Shown here: positions 12,725-24,610 of the stretch, piece after piece
Position numbering within the stretch: position 1 is the first letter of the stretch
Layout: every line of letters begins with the position of its first letter
Assembly (NCBI RefSeq): GCF_018977255.1
Contig: NW_024704742.1
Location: 60,452,001-60,516,000, forward strand
Direction of reading: 5' to 3'
Source: Callorhinchus milii
Lineage: Eukaryota
DNA length: 64,000 nucleotides
Program-made: the position numbers and the translations under genes
Notes under the pieces: generated by a model
What the model was told of the DNA's origin: nothing
What the model saw: the letters and a program-made list of their open reading frames with translations, nothing else
Database searches by the model: none

Positions 12725-14535
12725 TCATAGAATCATAGAATTAAACAGCACAAAAGGAGGCCATTGGGCCTGTCATGTCTTTGCCTACTCTTTGAAAAGA
12801 GCTATCCAATTCAATTCCACTCCCCCACTCTCTACCAATAGCCCTGCAAACTTGTCCTCCAAAATATCTTATCTACTTCTCACTTAAAAGTTGTTATCAA
12901 ATTGGCTTCTACCACCCTTTCAGACAATGCATTCCAGATCTGAACAACTTGCTGTGTGAAAATTTCTCCTCACCTCCCATCTGTTTCTTTTAACAAATAT
13001 TTTAAGTTGTTGTCCTCGGTTTAACGACCGACCTGCCAGTGGAAATAGTTTCTCCTTATTCATCCTATTGAATCCCCTCATAATTGTGAAAACTATTAAG
13101 TCTCCGCTTAACCTTCTTTAATCCAAGGAGAATAATCCTAACCTCTCTAGTCTCTCCTGATAACTGAAGTCACTCATTCCTGGTATCAACCTGGTAAATC
13201 TCCTTTGTACTCTCTCCAATGCCTTGACATCCTTCCTAAAGTGTGGTGCCCAGAACTGAACACAGTCTCTAGCTGAGGCCTAACCAGTGTTTTACAAAGG
13301 TTCATCATAACTTTCTGACTTTTGTATTCTATGCCCCTATTTACAAAGTCTAGTATTCCATATGCTTTCTTAACAGCTTCTTAACAGAGAAACCCCCAGG
13401 TCTCTCTGTTCCTTCACCCCTTTAAGATTCTACCATCAGCTTATATTGCCTCTCCTCATTCTTCCTCCCAAATGCATCACTTCGCATTTCTCCACATTAA
13501 ACCTCATCTGCCACATGTCTGCCCATTTTACCAGTCTGTCTATGTCTATTTGCAGTCTGCTACTATCCTCCTCACTGCTTACTACTTTTGCTAGCTTAGT
13601 ATCATCTGCAAACTTGTAAATTGTACTCCCTATACCCAATTCCAGATCATTAGGTATGACGGGTATGCAATTGAATTTGCACACCCATGACTTCTCCGAA
13701 CATTTCCCACGATGTTCAATAAATTTAGTGTGACTGCTCTGCAATTTTTGAACAAAAATGATAATAATCCCTCAAGAAAAAAAATATATTTAAATAAAAT
13801 AATAATTTGGTCACTCAATCCACGACTCTTTGTGGGACACTGCTGTGCGCAATTGGTTGTCATGTTTCGCTCACAAAATATACAGTCAATTCATCCTACA
13901 GTATATTCTATGAAGTGCTTTGAGATGTCTAGAAGATGTGAAAAGTGCTACATCAAATGCAAGGATTATTATTACTTTTATTTATACAGATCAAAAACAG
14001 CAGTGGTCCCAATAATGACCCCTGTGGGACACCATTGCACACTTCTATCAAGTCAGAAAAACAACCATTTAGCACCACTCTGCTTTCTGTCTCCCAGCTA
14101 GTTCTGTATCCATGTTGCCACTGTCCCTTTATTACCGTGGGCTTCTATTTTGCTTACAAGTCTCTTATGTGGCACTTTATCAAACACCTTTTGAAAATCC
14201 ATATAAATTACATCTACTGCACTATTTTCAGCCATCCTCTCCGTTACTTCACCAAAAAACTCTATCTTGTTTGTTAGACATAATATGCCTTTAATAAATC
14301 CATGTTAGCTGTCCTTTATTAACTTATATTTTTCTAAATTAAAATTTATTTTGTCACAGATTATGGACTTTAGATGTTTCCCCACTACTGATGTTAGGCT
14401 GACTGGCCTGGGTTTATCCTTCTGCCCCTTTTTGAACAGAGGAGTAACATTTGCAACCCTCCAGCCCTCTGGCACCACCGAGTGTCCAAGAAGGATTGAA
14501 AGATTGTGACCAGAGCCTTCGTAATTTCACAGCTG
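12725..14535 (-). mobile_element. 5'-truncated CR1 LINE (RT region to 3' tail), interrupted near 13650-13980
   Basis: KFADDTKL...WQMRFNVEKCEVMHLG in ORF 13436-13744; (atcatag)n tail; same subfamily as the two long copies. Confidence 0.95.
13759..13976 (+). mobile_element. tRNA-SINE 3' half nested in CR1
   Basis: Shared SINE body and (att)n tail; CR1 sequence resumes at about 13980. Confidence 0.9.
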
Positions 14536-14744
14536 TTCTCTTTCTTCTCATTTTGTTAAGCATTATCCTTACATTTATACTTTGTAACAATGTATATATT
14601 GATTTTGTAAAGATATCTGGATGTAGCTTTACTAAAACATCTATTGATTCACACAGTCTCATCCCAACTGATATCCATAGTTGTCAACATCTTTATCAAA
14701 ATTCCAACAGTTTGTTTCAAACACATCTGTAGAATAGAATACTG

Positions 14745-14888
14745 GAAATGTTTTCTGTATATAGAATTGCAAATCAAGTTAACTATGTGTTAAATGAACC
14801 AAGATTGGAATTTTGTTTTATTCCAGTTCCTTGTCAATCAAACACACATTACCTGGGCTTCATAGGCCTGAAATTCCTCTTAGTCTTA
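14745..14888 (+). repeat. Copy 2 of the ~150-bp local duplication
   Basis: Matches 11939-12082; similarity appears to resume (attttgtttg) after the L2 insertion at about 15137. Confidence 0.9.
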
Positions 14889-15136
14889 CAACAACAAGAT
14901 TCCATTTATAGAGCGCCTTTCACGTTGGGAGGACGTCCCAAGGCACTGGAAAGTTGGGTCGGGACCTGAGCAGGGGGGAAATGGTCAGGGTGAGGGGAGG
15001 GAAGGGAGGGAGCGAGGAGGGGGTAGAGAGTCGAGAGGGGAGGTGAAGGCACGGTCAAAGAGAAAGGTTTTGGGACCGGCCTTGAAGGAGGAAAGTGAGG
15101 AAGCGGCGAAGGCACTGGGGGATAGAGTTCCAGAGC
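14888..15136 (-). mobile_element. Young L2 3' end
   Basis: (caa)n tail followed by atttatagagcgcctttcacgttgggaggacgtcccaaggcactgga. Confidence 0.9.
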
Positions 15137-15585
15137 ATTTTGTTTGAATACCTCAGATTTAACAGTTATTTTTAATGTACCCTGTATAGCTAAAAACAAG
15201 CAATCTGCCCACGGAGAATCTTATCAAGGATGATGCTGAAACTTATTCCACCCATTTTCCATTGTCGTTGGCCTTCATTCATTTGCATAATTTAGTCAGA
15301 TTTTCTGAAGTAAACAAATCCATGAGCCTTTGTGATTTTCATTGGTCAATTTAAAACAATCTGGAATTCTGGGATTACTTACAGAGGAATTGAGGAACGA
15401 ACAGTACACCAAGGTAAAAAACATAAGGATACTGAAGTTAATCCACCGGGATATTGGGAGCCAATAGACCTTGGTGAGAATCGGGAGTCATGTGTATGCA
15501 GGAGTGAACAGGAGCAATGGAATCTTGGATGAGCTGGACCTTACGGAGGGTAAAGTTAGGTAGGTCGGCAAGTAAAGTATTGGAC

Positions 15586-15702
15586 AATAATAATAATAAT
15601 AATCCTTGCATTTGATATAGTGCTTTTCACATCTTCTCGACGTCTCAAAGCGCTTCACAGAATATGCTGTAAAGTGAATTGACTGTATATTTGTGGGCAA
15701 AA
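15586..15702 (-). mobile_element. tRNA-SINE 3' fragment
   Basis: (aat)n-ccttgcatttgatatagtgc tail. Confidence 0.9.
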
Positions 15703-16030
15703 TATATAGTAAATAAATGTAATTTATTATATAAATGTTATAGAAATAGAATTTATTGTTGTTGATGACACAATTTGCCTCCATTTCTACAATGATTTCA
15801 AGACCTGAAGAAAGAGAGACAAACTAAGGAAAGTCGCTAACTACATAGTTAAAAACTTGTTATTGTCCTAAACAAGATAACTATTGTGAGAAAAAAATCT
15901 GCATCATTATCAAAATGAAGCAAAGGAATTATCCATTTCCTATTGCTACAGTGAACGTTTTAAATCCAATTTTTATTTTATTTTATGTGCACTTTTTTAA
16001 ATGTTGTTCTACTGTTATTCTATTCTATGT

Positions 16031-16396
16031 GGAGTCCTGTAGCTTAATGGTTAGAGCATTCGCCTCACCTCCAAGATGTGCTGGGTTTGATTCCCAGCAG
16101 GACAAAAGTTGGGCAAGTTTCCTTACTCCACACGCCTCTGTTCACCTAGCTGTAAGTAGGAACCAGGTTGTTAGTCGATTGGCAGATCACTTTTCTGGGG
16201 TTAATATTATCTTCGAAAAAATATTTTTAATAAGAAGTGATCACTCAATCCATAGGACACTGCTGTGTGCAATTGGCTGCCGCATTTCGTTCACAAAATA
16301 TACAGTCAATTCACTTTACAGTTTATTCTGTAAAGCGCTTTGAGACGTCTAGAAGACATGATAAGGAGCTATATCAAATGTAATTATTATTATTAT
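16031..16396 (+). mobile_element. tRNA-SINE, full length
   Basis: Head ggagtcctgtagcttaatggttagagc...gggtttgattccc through (att)n tail. Confidence 0.92.
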
Positions 16397-16772
16397 AAGG
16401 ATCAGCAATTTATTGCTAATGTATCCCTACATTCAGACAGAAGGATATTTCCAAAGTAATCAAAACTAACCGGTTAATAAATTTTGAAGGCAGTTTCCAA
16501 TGTTATTGCTTCACATTGTTGCTGAGTGAGACATCTGTTTAATGCTCTAAATATTCTGAAAGATTCCAAGCTCATTCACCTTTTTATGTCACTGAAACTG
16601 CCTTTGTAATCACTACCTTTATCAAACTAATAACTTGGCTTGGAGAGTTTTTTTAAGCAAAGAGAGTGAAAATAATTTTTAAAATCCTTGGATTTGATAA
16701 AATGCCTTTCACATTGACAAGAGTCTCAAAGCGCTTTGCAGAATTTACTGTGAAGTGTAAACACAGCAATGA

Positions 16773-17101
16773 ATAATAATAATATTAATCCTTGCATTTG
16801 ATATAGTGCTTTTCACGTCTTCTAGACGTCTCAAAGCGCTTCACAGAATAGACTGTAAAGTGAATTGACTGTACATTTGTGGGCGAAATGCGGCAGCCAA
16901 TTGCTCACAGCCTTGTCCCACAAACAGTCGTCGATTGAAATGACCAATTTATTATTTTTTTTGAGGGATTATTATTAGGTGTGTGGAGTAAGGAAACTTG
17001 CCCAAGGTTTTGTCCTGCCGGGAATTGAACCCAGGTCTCTCGCTTGCAAAGCAAGTGCTCTACCCACTGAGCTACAGGACTCCACTGAGCTACAGGACTC
17101 C
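16773..17101 (-). mobile_element. tRNA-SINE, internally deleted variant with duplicated 5' end
   Basis: Head tagctcagtgggtagagcacttgctttgcaagcg...gggttcaattccc (tRNA-Ala TGC-like); 18-nt tandem duplication at 17064-17099. Confidence 0.92.
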
Positions 17102-17104
17102 TGA

Positions 17105-17385
17105 AATGAATGATTACCTTTATCTGGGGGAATGTTGGCAAGGAGACTGGAAGAAACTAGCTTCTCTTTTCAAGTTGTGCCATGGGATCTTTAATACCGG
17201 TCTGACAAGTTAGATAAGACCTCAGTTTAATGTCTCATCTGAAGTACAGTACCACCAATAATGCACTACTCCGCCAACACTACTTTGAAGTGTCAGCCTA
17301 GACCATGACTCAAAGGCCTGAGATGGGTTTGAATCCATGACCTTTTGACTCAGAGATGAGAGTGCTACCAACCGAGGCTGACACA
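17105..17385 (-). mobile_element. Deu-domain SINE (SacSINE1/AmnSINE1-like)
   Basis: Reverse complement contains gcattattggtggt...cagatgagacattaaactgagg...aaagatcccatggcac (Deu domain) behind a tRNA-like head. Confidence 0.8.
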
Positions 17386-18023
17386 CACAAATCAGAATGA
17401 TTCTGTATAAACTGGTATCTTTTCTGTTAAATCTACTGAGGGAAGCAATTTTAAACTGAGAGGTTTTTATTTTTTGGCAGGCTAAGTGAAAATCATTTCA
17501 TGTTAGAATAAAATGATGCTGTCTCGCTATCAGGGTAGCAAAACACAACCTTCCTGAGATCCCTCAATGGCCTACTGGTGCACCATTAAGACATACAACA
17601 ACAGACTAGAAGACCATAGGTTTTGATTACTGGTCTGTAGCCAAGTTAACTGATCTACAAGGACACAAATTGGCCTTAATCCTGTTAGGCTAGGGGGGAA
17701 ATATACAGCTATCCTAAGAACAACCTATTGATTTTTGCTGGAAAATGTGTGTGTTTGCTGGGAGTAAGTGTGTGTGGAAGTAAAAATTGTTATGCCTCCA
17801 GAGAAAAATTATTTAAAGAATATCTATCTATCTACAGTATATAAAGAATTGCCACTTGGGCAAAGTCCATCACCCAGTAAGAGTAACAGAATCATTGAAT
17901 TATAGAAATTTACAGTGCAGAGGAAGCCCAATTGAGTCTGCACCAGCTCCCAGAGCAAGTTGTTCATTCAAACCCAATGCCATCCCATATCCCCATACCA
18001 CTTTAAGCCTCTATCTTTCATAT

Positions 18024-18400
18024 GGAGTCTTGTAGCTTAGTGATTAGAGAACTCGCCTCGCAAGCGAGAGGACTTGGGTTGGAATCTGGGCAGAGCAAAA
18101 CATTCAGCAAGTTTCCTTACCCCAAGCGTCTCTGTTTACCTAGCAATAAGGAGGAACCTGGTTGTTAGTTGATTGGCAGATCGCTTTTCCGGGGGTAATA
18201 ATTCCTTCATAATAAATGGAAAAATAATTTGGTCATTCAATCCACGACTGTTTGTGGGACACTGCTGTGTGCAATTGGCCTCCACATTTCGCCCACAAAA
18301 TATATAGTCAATTCACTTTACAGTATATTCTGTGAGGCACTTTGAGACATCTAGACGATGTGAAAAGTGCTACATCAAATGCCAGCATTATTATTATTAT
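18024..18400 (+). mobile_element. tRNA-SINE, full length
   Basis: ggagtcttgtagcttagtg head through (att)n tail. Confidence 0.92.
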
Positions 18401-18649
18401 CTCTTTATTCCAAAGTACCAACCTATTTGTTCAGCCAGATGTTAACAATCTCATGCAACTCTGGCCAGAACGACAGATTAAGCAGAAGGTTTTGATGTGA
18501 CATTTTTGGATTCATAGATGTTCATTTCAGATTTTTTTTTAAATTTCTGGGTTAGAATTTTTCTAGTGGGTCCAAGTCTTTACAACGTTTTCTATAGTTA
18601 ATTTATAACTTTCGACCCTACACTTGTCGATGGTAGGGAGACAAATTGA

Positions 18650-18990
18650 ATTAATGGAGGGATTAGTCTATGAGGAGTGATTAGATAAACTGGGCATGTT
18701 CATGCATGTTCAAACCAGAATGTTGAGGTGCGATGTAATTACAGTCTTTAAGATTCTGAAGGGAATAAATAATGTAGACTGTGATAAGCTGTTTTATCTT
18801 GTACTGAACAGTAGAACCAGAGGCCTGTGATTGAAGGGTGGTAAATTCAGAACAAATCTGCAGAAACATTACTTCAGTGAGCGAGTATAAATGTATGGAA
18901 CAGCCTCCCTAAGGAGATGGTGGAAGCAGGAAATGTTGATTCTTTCAAGAACAAATTAGATATATTTCTGTTAGAAAATCCATCCTGGAG
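18650..18990 (+). mobile_element. Old CR1 3' fragment
   Basis: LVYEE*L/RCDVITVFKIL-like remnant and aaacattacttcagtgagcgagt. Confidence 0.75.
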
Positions 18991-20476
18991 CTTCTTTCCC
19001 AGGAGTGGAAGTTTTGAGGATGTTTCCCCTTCTCTAGCTCAAAGCTTCTGAGGCCAATTGCAGCAATTCCCAAATCACCAAGTCCATTGCAGGGAATTTC
19101 TCTGGTATTTTCCCAGTCTCTAAGGCTGGGTATAAGACAATCTGAAGCATTCAACCACTGAAGCTGGGGAAGGAGCTTTGTTGCTGACCTTTAATAATAA
19201 ATCTTATCATTACTGAGCGTGTCAACTTCAAATGAACATTCGAAAGTCTAATTCTATCGACCTATACATTTTAGCACATCATTAACATCTTATTGAACAA
19301 GGGATGGCCAAAATTTTAAGAGACAATTAGTTCAGTGATACATAATAATAATCCTTAAAATAATAATCCTTACGTTGACATAGTGTTTTACTAAGTCATC
19401 AAAACATCGTAAAACATTTCATCATCAAGTGTTTGGGTATGTATTTTGTAGGTGAATACGGCAGCAAATTTGGGATAAGCAGAACCTTTTTTGGTTTGGA
19501 GATGAGAATCCTTCCAACTGAGCCAGGTTGACACTTTCAATTTTTTTGTACAAACATGCTTTAATTGAGATTTGGTTCAGCAATAATTTAAGCATGTTTT
19601 GTCTTCACTTTAGATCAGTCTGTACTTAATCCCAAAAAGGGCACACGCAGTAAATTATTTACAAAGTTCCACAAGTGAGGAACTTTTAGAATTAGCAGCA
19701 ACAGTCTGTTACATATTGCCACATCCACAGGAGTTCCAGTGCATGCAAAATTAATTCTCAGTCTTGAACCTAAGCAAGCATATACAATGCTGTACTCCCT
19801 GCAGAATGTAGTCAATCCTGCATTGTTAAGTAACATTCATTCAGTAGCTGTTCATGAAACCTGCAAGTGGCTTTCAGAAATGTCACTTTTGATAGTGCAA
19901 TCTTTCCCGAAATGAATTTTGAAATTTTTCAGGCACCAGCAGGTTTTCATTTGGCTTGATCTGAACTAAAACTACAACGTGTTTTGTAACAGGTAGAAAG
20001 TTACTGTTAAATATATGTTTTGAAAATAACAATGAAATTGTAGTACTGTACTTTGCTTTGAACATATTTCCCCCAACAGTCCTATCATTACATCCGAAGA
20101 TAAGTCTGAATCACAATCGACAAACTATTTTGATGCGTTTTATTAAAGCAGTGTACAAGATCATATACTGGAGCATTAATGAAATTCAATGTTTTATAAA
20201 TAAGGGTTTAGAGTACAAAAGCAAAGAGGTAATGCTAAACATACATGTATGCCATTGGTTGGGCTGCAGGTTGAGTACTCAACTTAGTTGGGTGCTCCAG
20301 TTTAAGAAGGATGTCAACGATAGTAATAATTCTTTCATGTCAAGAGGACCTCTCAAAATGTATCACAGGATTCATTGTAAAATAAGGCGATTATGCATTT
20401 GGTAGACAAAGGCATCAGTCAATTTGCACACAGTAACATACCACAAACAGCCATGAAGTGATTGAGCGATTTGTAT

Positions 20477-20619
20477 CCTGCAGATGCTAGAAATCTGAAA
20501 TAAAAACAGAAGTTGCTGGAACGCTCAGCAGGTCAGGCAGCATCTATGGAGAGAGGAAAGTGAGTGAACATTTCAGGTCGATGACCTGTCATCAGAACTT
20601 TTCGTCAGATGAAAGGTCA
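20477..20619 (-). mobile_element. Penelope-like element terminal repeat (non-autonomous piece)
   Basis: ctgcagatgctagaaatctgaaataaaaacagaag...cagcaggtcaggcagcatct matches a chondrichthyan Penelope-associated repeat as I recall it; a second copy lies at 60775-60895. Confidence 0.7.
20563..20599 (-). ncRNA. Minimal type I hammerhead ribozyme motif (degenerate)
   Basis: Minus strand AGTT-CTGATGA-C-AGGTC-ATC-GACCT-GAAA-TGTT-CACT: CUGANGA and GAAA core boxes flanking a 5-bp stem II. Confidence 0.65.
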
Positions 20620-20839
20620 GATGGGGGGCTGTTTGGCCAGGACATCGAGAGAAACTCCCTTCTATTATAGTGCCAAGGGATCTTCATCTTCCACCTGAGC
20701 AGACAGATGGGACCTTGATTTAACATCTCATCCAAAGGACGCATCTCCAACAATATAGCTCTCCCCTAGCACTGTATTGGAGTGTCAGTTTAAGAATAAA
20801 TTAAAATTTCTGACAAGACAGATTATTTGGTGAGTTGAT

Positions 20840-21115
20840 GACTAAAGGTCATAGCTTTAAACCATTACCAAACAGGTCAGAACTTTGGTTTACCACCGGT
20901 GGTTAATAGGACACGGAACATCCTATGAAGAACAATGGTTGAAGCAGAATCCATAATGAATTTTAATGCGGAATTAGATAAATATTTAAAATCTAAAGTA
21001 TGTAAGGTTATGGGAAGTTGACAGGGGAATGACATTAAATGTCTAGTGCTTTCAGAGCATTGACATGGGCACGATGGACCAAATGGCTTTTTTTTGTGCT
21101 GTACAATTCTACAAT
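20840..21115 (+). mobile_element. Old CR1 3' fragment
   Basis: ggtggttaataggacacggaac...gatggaccaaatggc...tgtgctgtacaattcta tail. Confidence 0.7.
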
Positions 21116-22194
21116 TTAATCCCATTGTTAGGTGAAAAATGCAAGAAGGAAAATAGCTAGATTCATTATCCACTCACATTCAGACAAACCATAAATTACC
21201 AAAAATGTATTTGTCAGCTATGAGTTAGAAACATTTGGAATGAGACACATTATGTTACAGTGATAACAGGCTCATTCGAAAGTTTTAACTCCTAATGGAT
21301 CAATGGTTTGATCAATGGATCAGTAGAATAGAACATTTTAAATTAATAATTCAATGGTAACACAATTTATTTTTCACTTATAGGAGGACCTGTATGACTG
21401 AAAGTCTTACTTTGCATAATTGTTCAATAAATAGTATGATCAAACCTGAACTATCTGAATCTTTTGTTTGGGTGGGGGGCAGTTGGGTTTCTGACTCATG
21501 TGAAAAGCCATCACCATGCTTAAGAATTTCCAAACCAGACTGTGAATTCCACAAAAGCCATCTGCTCATGGAAATTTCTATATCTGGAATGGAATGTGAA
21601 CACTCTCCCTGAAGACTATTAGGTGCAGGTCAGCAAAAGCCAGGGCTTGGGAATTGCTGAATGTATGTTGGGGTACTGTTAGAGTTTAACCAGCTAAACA
21701 TAGCTTGCCATTGAAAAAACACTATAAATCTGAATTTTCTCAGAATACTTGAGTTTGTAATGTATTGCAAATTGAGCAGATTAATTTGACACCAGTATGA
21801 ATGACACCAGTAATCTGACATAAGGTAGAAATGTTTTTTTTAATTAAAACAAACAGCAAATTTTACGTCAAACCCACTAATAATAAGATACCAGTGCATT
21901 GGTAAAACCAACAGAATGCAAAAACTAACTGCAAAATCTCAAATAGCTTTAAATTCACAGCTTCACAAAAAATCCCTGTTACACTGTCTTGATTTCCGCA
22001 TCCATTGAAAAGCCAGGAGTTTTAAACACCCATTAAAGTGTCAACGAAATGGTTGCTATCAGGCACAGATACTGCTGTAGATAACAAAGCACTGATTGAA
22101 GGTTAGTGTGGGCATCACAGCTAGTTACTGAAAGTGAACACAAGTTTCAGCTAATCCCAAACTCCACCGCCCATACCCTCACCTGCACCAAATT

Positions 22195-22640
22195 CTGCAC
22201 ACACAGCACTTGATCCTCCCCAGGTTCAAATGGCTCTTGTCCCTGATGGATCAATTTCATGGACTTCACCTTCACATATAAATCCTTCCATGCTCTAGAT
22301 TCATCTTTCCAACCCCCCACCCACTATGTATCCCACTTTTCACTCCATTCATTCATCTAACCCAGGTCTTCGACGTGTCCCCTGCTCCCTCCGTGTTACC
22401 ATCAGTGACCAAGTCTTCAGTCACTATGCCCTCACTCCTGATTCTCCATGCCACTATATGTCTGCCTTTTCCCCTTTCTACCTGTCTTGAAATCCCACCT
22501 TAAACCTATCTCTTCACCAGCTTCTACTATCACCTCCTGCTCCCCGTCTCCCTTGCGCGGTATCTGAGCTGCCATTGTGAAGCACTCCAAGATGCTATCT
22601 TACGTGAAGGATGTTATATAAATGCAAATTGGTGTTGTTG
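22195..22640 (+). mobile_element. Old L2 3' fragment
   Basis: Pyrimidine-rich L2 C-terminal remnant ending gtgaaggatgttatataaatgcaaatt..(ttg)n. Confidence 0.75.
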
Positions 22641-22679
22641 CTAAATAGGCTAGTAGTTGAGGATCCTCCTCTTCACAAA

Positions 22680-23950
22680 CCTCTAATCTTCAAGGGGCTA
22701 CCAAATGAGACCAAGAATACCAGCTGTCTGTTAGCAATGGAGTGAGTTGACATCCTTGTTTGCATGAAGAATATCAAGTGCTTTGATTCTTGCTCTTCCT
22801 TGTACTTGCTGGGTTACCCCTTAACTATGTAGAACCTTAGTGAATGGGTGATATTAGTGCGGGCTCAATCCTCTGACTCCAAGTCTGTAGCCAGTTTGAT
22901 GGTTTGATGATTCCAGAAGTCTCTGTTGGTAGCAGCACTATCCAATGGCTGCAATCTGTAAACAAAGAGCAAAGCTCGAGGCACCATTGGCTTTCAGTTC
23001 CTGGCCCTCTTCTGCAAAGACAATAATGTGCCAACAAAGTTTATTATAATCCTTGCATTTGATATAGTAGTTTATCACATCAGGAGGAAGTCCTTCACAG
23101 GACTTCGACTAATTTTAGCTGGGGGATTGTTTACAATTGGAGAAACACACTTTTATTCATAAATAGTCCTATAGCTCTTGAATGTCTACCTAATAAAGCT
23201 GATGAGACCTCATTTTTCATCTCATCTGAAAGACCACACCACCAACAATGCAGTGCTCTCTGGGCAGTATTGGAGTTCAAAGTCTCAACATGAGTCTTGA
23301 ACAGACAATCTTCTGACTCAGGGACTAGAGTGCTAACCAGTTGATGCAGACTGACACATGACACCTCATTTCTGCAGAAGTGAATCATTTCTGATGGCAC
23401 TCACATCCCATCGAGTGCACTGTGGTGTTTGATGGCAAGTGATGGGGGTGTCTATTATATTCAGGCAGGATGATGCATTGCTGCTGTGAAAGTACAGAGC
23501 ATTCAGTCTTGAAGCCAGTCTTGCACTTTGGGATGTCCTCCCAACGTCAAAGATTCTATATAGATGTAAATTGTATTGGCTTGTAATCTTGGAACTCACC
23601 ATCTGTCAACCATACCTTCTATTTTCACCCCAGAATATGTATCTACATCAAAGCGAAGTTGGTAACTTTGCCAACAATAAGTGGCTTTCCCTTGTCAGTG
23701 TTATCAATGCAGCATAGAGCATCAGTCAGATCATTTTTAGATCTTGTTGGACCTGAGATCAGTGGCAATGCAAGAGTAGTGCCAGTCAATAGTAAAGGGA
23801 AGTTTTATTCAGATTATGGATGTCAGAAGGGCTCACCCTGCAAACTTCCTACAACTGAACATGGGCAAGAGCAGTCTGACTGGAGGCAGATTTTCTTTGA
23901 AAGATCACAGAATATTTTGAAATCCCATATCCAGTCATTGAAGTCTGGCA
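22680..23950 (+). mobile_element. Very old L2 RT region interrupted by younger SINE/L2 pieces
   Basis: Scattered motifs in L2 order: DILV, IQWLQS, HCGV, WMS...ANFLQLNMGK (about 23840-23870); compare WMSANFLQLNVNK in ORF 55483-55800. Confidence 0.55.
23044..23360 (-). mobile_element. Deu-domain SINE
   Basis: catctcatctgaaagacc...acaatgcagtgctc, tRNA-like head and SINE tail. Confidence 0.75.
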
Positions 23951-24059
23951 TACCCCTTTGCTGTCTGTAAAACCATGCTTTCCCAAAGAGCAAAACATTA
24001 AAAGTACTAGTATTCATGCCCTTGATGGCTAAGTGAGTTTGTTATCAGTTTAATGAGTT

Positions 24060-24345
24060 ACTGGATTTACTCTGAACAATTCAGCAGGCTCAGCCCAGCC
24101 CACCCCATCAACGTTTGGGCCTTCAGCCTCTCTGCCCCCACCTATTGGAACTCCATCCCACATTCCCTTCACCTCGCTTCCTTCCTTGCCTCCTTCAAGG
24201 CACATCTCAAGACCCTCCTCTTCAACCATGTATTCAGCTACCCTTCCTGCCCTCCACCCTCCCTTACCCCAAACCAACCCATCCTCCACCCCCATTCAGG
24301 TCCAAATCCCTGACTGTCCAGTGCCTTGGCACATACTCCCAATAT
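24060..24345 (+). mobile_element. L2 3' fragment
   Basis: AFSLSAPTYWNSIP...FKAHLKTLLF (ORF 24053-24313). Confidence 0.88.
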
Positions 24346-24347
24346 AA

Positions 24348-24610
24348 AACAGCAACAACAAAATTACATTTGTATAGCGCCTTTCACATCATCCCATGGT
24401 GCTGGACATCCCAAGGCGCTGGACTATCAGTGTTTCAGACTCAAACTGGGGGTCAGGATCAGGGAGGGTTGAGGGCAGTGGAGGAAAGAAAATGACCGAA
24501 GATGAGGGTCTTGAGACGGGCCTTGAAGGGGGCAAGGGAGGGGGCGAGGCAGATGTAGTTCCAGAGGCTGGGGATGGCAGGCAAGGTGGGGATGGGAAGC
24601 AGGCTAGAGC
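24348..24610 (-). mobile_element. L2 3' fragment, tail-to-tail with the previous copy
   Basis: (caa)n tail; FKARLKTLIF (ORF 24459-24662). Confidence 0.85.

Larger units (their letters stand above)
20320..20790 (-). mobile_element. Deu-domain SINE split by a Penelope-type element
   Basis: gtgccaagggatctt...ccacctgagcagacagatggg...tttaacatctcatcc at 20670-20735; tail remnants near 20320-20460. Confidence 0.7.

Noticed and set aside
16031..16100. tRNA gene calls for SINE heads
   Set aside because: tRNA-like A/B boxes run directly into the SINE body with no complete acceptor stem.
15915..16343. 142-aa ORF and other ORFs sharing QSIHFT..VKRFETS-type peptides
   Set aside because: Chance translations of the non-coding SINE, not a gene family.
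19614..19674. Possible plus-strand exon QSVLNPKKGTRSKLFTKFH
   Set aside because: Plausible splice signals, but short, unrecognised and unsupported.
23823..24017. hAT-transposase-like look of PDFNDWIWDF on the minus strand
   Set aside because: The plus strand carries the clearer L2 motif ANFLQLNMGK.
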